From NCBI GenBank assembly GCA_038208115.1, contig JBBQZC010000001.1, forward strand, positions 77,977-141,976: a DNA stretch of 64,000 nucleotides. Direction: 5' to 3'. How positions within the stretch are numbered: the stretch's first letter is position 1; each line of letters starts with the position of its first letter. The notes below the pieces were generated by a model that did no database searches, was not told where the DNA came from, and was given only the letters and a program-made list of their open reading frames with translations. The DNA comes from Candidatus Moraniibacteriota bacterium (GTDB lineage Bacteria; Patescibacteriota; Minisyncoccia; Moranbacterales; GCA-2747515). The position numbers and the translations under genes were made by a program. Shown here one piece after another: positions 58,687 through 64,000 of the stretch.

Positions 58687-60459
58687 TTATAACCATCGTC
58701 CTGTAAAAAACTTCTTTTTATAAAATACGATCGTTTCCACAAAATTAAATTTTGTCGTTTGATCTTTTTTTTGCTTTTTTCTATCAATTTCAGGCACATC
58801 ACACAAAATAACCTGTGACCACCGTTCTCGAAGATGTTCAAAATTCACTGGCTTTTTAATGATTTCACGAAAAAAAACTTCTGTTTCTACTGCAACATCA
58901 TTCCATGATCGATCAAGAGTTGATTTTATCACGTAGTCTGACATAAGTCCTGTCACCAATGCGGCCAACTGTGCAAACTGATCAAAAAAAACAGCTTGTT
59001 CACCATCCTTCATAAATCGTCCCACAACCTCTTGATTAATCTGATTTTTAAACACAATGATCTTCTTATTATACTCGATAGCCCTAAGTATTGGCAAGCC
59101 AAATCCCTCATATTGGCTTGGAAATATGATTAGATGAGCTTTCTGATATAATTTTTGCATTACACATTCGGGCATATCACCACTATTAAAAAAATGAATA
59201 TTATCATTTTTTGATTTGCTATTTTTAAATCCAACATAGACCTGTGACACATCAAGATCTTTCAAATAACTATAAGCCTCGTTGACAGATTTATGTTTAA
59301 ATTTGTTTCCAACAACCAATATGTATTTCTTTTCAAAAATTTTTTTATATTTCTCAGTTAACGCAATAATATTACAATCATTTTTTATTTTGCCATGTGC
59401 GAGATAAGTCACACATGTTTGAAGACGATTATTATTAATAAGATGAAAGAAGTTCATTACATCATCTCGTGCTGTCTTACTTATAAAGATCATGCCATTG
59501 CCATAACGCATCAGAAAGAATCCTATACATGAAGTATATCCACCCGTATTACCAATATCAAGATATCCGCTTCTCCATAAAATAGCATCGAGGATAGATA
59601 CGACAATTCGTGGCGAAATTTTATTAAACAGACGAATATACCGCATATCAAAAATTTGTGATGGAGAAAAAACCATTTGATACAAAGGCAATTTTTCTTC
59701 ATCTTGCTCTATAAAATATACGCCCATATTTACTATAAAATTCAATTCGTAAAATGCATAAACATCTCTCGCCACAAGAACATCCACTTCATAACAATCA
59801 CTAAAACTTTGAACAAATTGCCGTAATAATGCGATAGAATATTCCGTTGTTCCATTAAATGTTGCAGTCGAGTTTTGAAGAGAAAATAAGATACGCTTTT
59901 TATCACTATTATTCTTCAAAATAGAATCAAAATGTACAGTAGGATCAATCTTAAATTGTAAAAACTGATGAATAATGTCACTGGCATTTTCATGAACATG
60001 TGCTAAATTTCGTAATTGTGAATCCGCTAGACGAGAATATTTCTTAGCCATTTGCAAATCATTTGTAAAAAACCGCGACATAATCGTGTTATAGCCGTAT
60101 GTATTAATACGAAATCCATATTCCGCAAGACACTCTCGCGCATTTATAATATTTTCATCAAAACCACCCATATTCTTAAATACAGACATTTTCACAACAA
60201 AAAAAGATTCTCTCACTGCAGGAAAAATATAATAATTATCATAAAAAGCACCGTTTTTGCATTCTGGATCATATAAATATGACACACCAATGATTGCGTG
60301 ATGTTCATTCTCTTGCATGCTCTGAGCAATACGCTCCAAAACAGATGCATCATACACATTTTCATTATCCACACACACCAGAATATCAATATCCGTATTG
60401 ATATATGCGTTTATTTGCGTAGCTAACGAACGATCAAGTTGTAAGAGATGGATTTTCAT
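58687..60459 (-). CDS. Glycosyltransferase: degenerate GT2-like N-terminus plus GT4
   Basis: GGFDE in the N-terminal part; FPSQYEGFGLP. Start set at MKIHLL. Confidence 0.75.
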   Translation of the reverse strand: MKIHLLQLDRSLATQINAYINTDIDILVCVDNENVYDASVLERIAQSMQENEHHAIIGVSYLYDPECKNGAFYDNYYIFPAVRESFFVVKMSVFKNMGGFDENIINARECLAEYGFRINTYGYNTIMSRFFTNDLQMAKKYSRLADSQLRNLAHVHENASDIIHQFLQFKIDPTVHFDSILKNNSDKKRILFSLQNSTATFNGTTEYSIALLRQFVQSFSDCYEVDVLVARDVYAFYELNFIVNMGVYFIEQDEEKLPLYQMVFSPSQIFDMRYIRLFNKISPRIVVSILDAILWRSGYLDIGNTGGYTSCIGFFLMRYGNGMIFISKTARDDVMNFFHLINNNRLQTCVTYLAHGKIKNDCNIIALTEKYKKIFEKKYILVVGNKFKHKSVNEAYSYLKDLDVSQVYVGFKNSKSKNDNIHFFNSGDMPECVMQKLYQKAHLIIFPSQYEGFGLPILRAIEYNKKIIVFKNQINQEVVGRFMKDGEQAVFFDQFAQLAALVTGLMSDYVIKSTLDRSWNDVAVETEVFFREIIKKPVNFEHLRERWSQVILCDVPEIDRKKQKKDQTTKFNFVETIVFYKKKFFTGRWL

Positions 60460-60463
60460 ATTT

Positions 60464-62035
60464 TTATCTTTTTTTAGAAATTTCTTCCGCCATTTTAACT
60501 GTTTTGTGAAACAGTTCCTTCGCACTTTCTGCCCATGACGTAATGTGAACATTATCAAATTTTTGTTTCACATATTTCTTTTCACCTTTTTCTATTGAAG
60601 ATATTTTTTCGACAAGTTCGGAGACATCATCAATATTGAAATATTCGATCTTATCGCCACCAACTTCATGATGAATCGGCGTATCACTTGCTAATACTGG
60701 CAAGCCAAAATATAAACTCTCGACAATCGGAAGTCCAAAACCTTCCACAATTGAAGGAAAAACGAGCATTTTTGCATTCTTATAGCAATAGACCAATTCC
60801 TCATCATCTACATCATTGAACATAAACAATCTTTTTCCATATTCTGTATGTTTGATAATACGGTCGATCAATTCATCCGTTCTCCATCCAATTTTTCCAA
60901 TAATACATAATTTTATTTGGTTATTATTATCCTCCCACAGTTTTTCAAATACATCTAGAAGAAATGCATGATTTTTTCTTGGTTCAATCGTTGATACGAT
61001 CAAATAAACTGATTTTGATGTGAATATATTTTGCAAATTTTTATGTACATGAGAAATTTCATAATCCTTTTTCTTAAGATCTGCTCCCAACATAAAATAA
61101 TCAAATAAATATTTTTGCTCAACCAAGCCTTGCTTTTTCAAATAAGATTTTACATCATTCATAACCGTCTTTGAAATCGTGATATAGCCGTCAAAAAATT
61201 CAAACGATCTCATATAATGATCACGAAAAATTTTTGAGAATCCTTCTCCACAAAATTGAGGATAGAAAATTGGGATTAAATCATACGCAACACCAATAAT
61301 AAAACACTTTTTTTTCTTAATTAATGCGATCTTGTCCCAGATATCATATTTCCAAATCGCATCAGGTAACAAAAAAATATCACCTTTTTGTATTGTTATA
61401 GCATTTCGATATGATTTTAAACAACGAGAAAGAACATTTTTTGGAAGATATCTTTTTGCGTCAACTTGAATTCTCGTTATATGCTCATATGCTAACGTGA
61501 CAGGGATGATATCGTATTTATCATTTGCACAATAAAGTTGCATACCTTTTGTGACATTTTTGACTACTCGTTGTATGCCTGTATTAACTTTTGGCTCTGC
61601 ATACACATGTGTACAATCAACATATAATCTTTTTTTACGAAATATTTTTTGATCACTTTCAATTTTTTTAACAATCATGTTTTCTGCAAGTTTCTCAATC
61701 AACACTTTCACATTTTTTTTCAAAATCTTAAACAATGTAATCAATTTAATAAGTATATGGTGTAAATAAGTCAAAAACAATCTTCTTTTACTATGTCTAG
61801 GAAAAAACAATCGAAAAATACTTCCTATTTTTTGAGCTATAAACCATTCGTTTGAAGCATAAATATTATTCAATATTCTATTCACACTTCTCAATTCAAA
61901 TTCTTTTCTCTTCAAATTTAGTTCAAGCGCTTCTTTATCAAATTGTGTTTTTTGAAGTTCTTCAAAATTCTGATTCGCTTGCAATCTAAAGGTATCAGAT
62001 ACACACACATTTTTCAGATTTTTTTTTCTATTCAT
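60464..62035 (-). CDS. GT4 glycosyltransferase with an N-terminal coiled coil (mannosyl/rhamnosyltransferase-like)
   Basis: TGIQRVV, YDLIP, STIEPRKNH and PSIVEGFGLPIVES. Confidence 0.88.
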   Translation of the reverse strand: MNRKKNLKNVCVSDTFRLQANQNFEELQKTQFDKEALELNLKRKEFELRSVNRILNNIYASNEWFIAQKIGSIFRLFFPRHSKRRLFLTYLHHILIKLITLFKILKKNVKVLIEKLAENMIVKKIESDQKIFRKKRLYVDCTHVYAEPKVNTGIQRVVKNVTKGMQLYCANDKYDIIPVTLAYEHITRIQVDAKRYLPKNVLSRCLKSYRNAITIQKGDIFLLPDAIWKYDIWDKIALIKKKKCFIIGVAYDLIPIFYPQFCGEGFSKIFRDHYMRSFEFFDGYITISKTVMNDVKSYLKKQGLVEQKYLFDYFMLGADLKKKDYEISHVHKNLQNIFTSKSVYLIVSTIEPRKNHAFLLDVFEKLWEDNNNQIKLCIIGKIGWRTDELIDRIIKHTEYGKRLFMFNDVDDEELVYCYKNAKMLVFPSIVEGFGLPIVESLYFGLPVLASDTPIHHEVGGDKIEYFNIDDVSELVEKISSIEKGEKKYVKQKFDNVHITSWAESAKELFHKTVKMAEEISKKR

Positions 62036-62054
62036 ATATTGATTTTTTTAAAAT

Positions 62055-64000
62055 CTATAATCTCCTTACTGCACACATATAACCAATTAGGTTCTTTCTT
62101 GCTGCATTCATCTCGCTCTTCGAAAGACATAAATAATCCCAAGAATCATGTATATCCACTTCGCAATCCTGCAAATTTACATGAGATAACTTTAAAAAAT
62201 CTTCCATTACAAAAGTATTTGCCATATACACTAAATTTTCCTTTCTATATACCAAATATATTTTTTTATATCTTGATATTTTTTGCATATATGTACGAAT
62301 TTGAATCAAACTTTGTGATTTATTCTTTAAATTTTTTAATTCGGTTACATCTATGTATATTCCCTTTTCCTTCCTTTTTTGATTTTTAGCTATGCATCTG
62401 GCAAAAACAATGCGAAGTTGAGATGACAAATTACAGTTACGGACATGTCGATAGAGAGATTTTTCAGCTTGAAATAAATTATCACCATAAAAATTCTCAA
62501 TGAATTTTGCATAATCTTCCATAATTTTCTTAGGTGACAACTCCTGTTGCATATACTTATTTGCGCTCTCTCTGAGTTTTTGCCGAAGAGATGATTCATT
62601 ATCACTAAAAACCTTATTAATTGCAGAAACAATTTGAACTCTAGAAAAAACATCATCAACCTTATATACACAATCATTCGGAATCTCTGCCAGTGATCCA
62701 TGATTATTTACAATTGTTGGTATATTATATGCAAGACAGTCCAATACTGCAATTGATGATTCCCCCCTCGATTGGTCTCTGAGCTGGATAGCACCATATG
62801 CTTCCATCAATTTTTTTTTGTACTCTTCCGTACCAATTCTTCCCGTAAAAAACACATTTTTACAGTTTTTCTTGAGTAAGATAGTCTTTATTTTAGAATT
62901 TTCAACATCACTCAATTCAATATGCCCTACAAAAGTAAGTTGAAAATTATTATTATTGACGAAATTACTTTCGACCCACGCATCAATTATACGCAATGCA
63001 CATTTGGTTTTTTCATTAACAATCCCAAAAACACAAATTTCTTTACAAAATTTTTTCATAAGAGAAACTTTTTTGTTCGTATTAAGCAACGCGCTCCGTC
63101 CTAATTTAGTTATTGAAACTTTATCAATTATATCTGGAAACCACTTTCCAATAATTTCATAAGCATGTCGAGAATGGACAATGACACCACACGAATTTTC
63201 AATTATTGATCTTGACATAGGATAATCCAATTGCCATTCAGGATACCGATCATTGTTATCTGTTTTGTCTAATAAACATGGAGAGTGGCCGTGACTCAAA
63301 AATAAATTATTTAAAAATGTCTCTTCCCCATTATTTGCTTGTGCCTTCCATTTTAAATACCCGCCCATAAAAACGTCATGCAAAACTACAACACCTGGAT
63401 GCATTTTTAGCACTTTCCACATATATTCATGATATCCTGAATTTCCAAAATGATATAAAATACGGTCATAATTGCTTGAGACTTTATTAAATTCACTATA
63501 ATCATAAATAGTTACTTGAGATAGGTCTCTATTCGTATTTTCTGAAATCTTAGTAAAAACATCTACTTTATATTTTTTAGCAAGTGCAGGTAAAATATCT
63601 GCAGAATAATCAGCAATTCCCGATCCATCGCGTGGCATTGGTGAAAAAAATGCAAGTCTTTTTTTAATATCAGATGTTAGTTTTAATTTATTTTTTGATA
63701 TTTTTTTATTATCCAATAAATCTAGAAATATTTTTGCACTTTTTTTCCAACTATATTTGGTAGACTGTTTTATACTATTACTTATTAATAATTCTCTGTA
63801 TCTATTATCAAGAAGTCCTTCCTCCATCTTATCCGCTATTGAAGTTATACTACTGGGATCAAATGTAAAATTATCATTTTCGACAATTTCAAGCATACTG
63901 CTAGTGTTGGATGTTATAACCGGTGCACCACACAGCATCGCTTCAAGAATGGGTAAACCAAAACCCTCGTAAAGCGACGGGAAAATAAAGAGATACGTAT
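62055..64000 (-). CDS. Multi-domain GT4 glycosyltransferase (WbdA-like), 5' partial
   Basis: Frame is open to the window edge (FIFPSLYEGFGLPILEAMLCG); second domain has FSPMP..SGIADYS, GNS.YH and VLHD. Confidence 0.85.
   Translation of the reverse strand, partial: TYLFIFPSLYEGFGLPILEAMLCGAPVITSNTSSMLEIVENDNFTFDPSSITSIADKMEEGLLDNRYRELLISNSIKQSTKYSWKKSAKIFLDLLDNKKISKNKLKLTSDIKKRLAFFSPMPRDGSGIADYSADILPALAKKYKVDVFTKISENTNRDLSQVTIYDYSEFNKVSSNYDRILYHFGNSGYHEYMWKVLKMHPGVVVLHDVFMGGYLKWKAQANNGEETFLNNLFLSHGHSPCLLDKTDNNDRYPEWQLDYPMSRSIIENSCGVIVHSRHAYEIIGKWFPDIIDKVSITKLGRSALLNTNKKVSLMKKFCKEICVFGIVNEKTKCALRIIDAWVESNFVNNNNFQLTFVGHIELSDVENSKIKTILLKKNCKNVFFTGRIGTEEYKKKLMEAYGAIQLRDQSRGESSIAVLDCLAYNIPTIVNNHGSLAEIPNDCVYKVDDVFSRVQIVSAINKVFSDNESSLRQKLRESANKYMQQELSPKKIMEDYAKFIENFYGDNLFQAEKSLYRHVRNCNLSSQLRIVFARCIAKNQKRKEKGIYIDVTELKNLKNKSQSLIQIRTYMQKISRYKKIYLVYRKENLVYMANTFVMEDFLKLSHVNLQDCEVDIHDSWDYLCLSKSEMNAARKNLIGYMCAVRRL

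Noticed and set aside
549-63972. Numerous 60-170 aa ORFs overlapping the called genes on other frames or strands
   Set aside because: Shadow ORFs of real genes, with no motifs or independent start signals.
1-64000. tRNA, rRNA, IS elements, prophage
   Set aside because: I saw no cloverleaf, rRNA-like segment, transposase, integrase or phage structural gene. Short structured RNAs could be missed by eye.

Overview
AT-rich, gene-dense bacterial DNA in genetic code 11. The gene repertoire is most like a Patescibacteria/CPR genome; this is an inference, since no rRNA or marker gene is present. The window is dominated by cell-envelope genes: seven GT-C (ArnT/PMT-like) membrane glycosyltransferases, several GT2/GT4 enzymes, two flippases, ugd, galE, gmd/rmd, a MurF-like ligase, Ddl and large secreted proteins. 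I found no tRNA, rRNA, CRISPR array, integrase, transposase or reverse transcriptase. Four things stand out. (1) A divergent RtcB-family ligase overlaps a GT4 gene; it keeps its metal ligands and His nucleophile but has changed RNA- and guanine-contacting residues, so it may act on glycans. (2) Four copies or remnants of a four-helix-bundle (Avd/IVP-like) gene cassette are bracketed by inverted arrays of 7-nt repeats; two are internally deleted but keep both ends. (3) Three gene blocks are bounded by direct repeats of host gene ends with no recombinase nearby. (4) A SpoIID-like hydrolase and a subtilase share one repeat domain. All family assignments come from reading motifs by eye, not from database searches.
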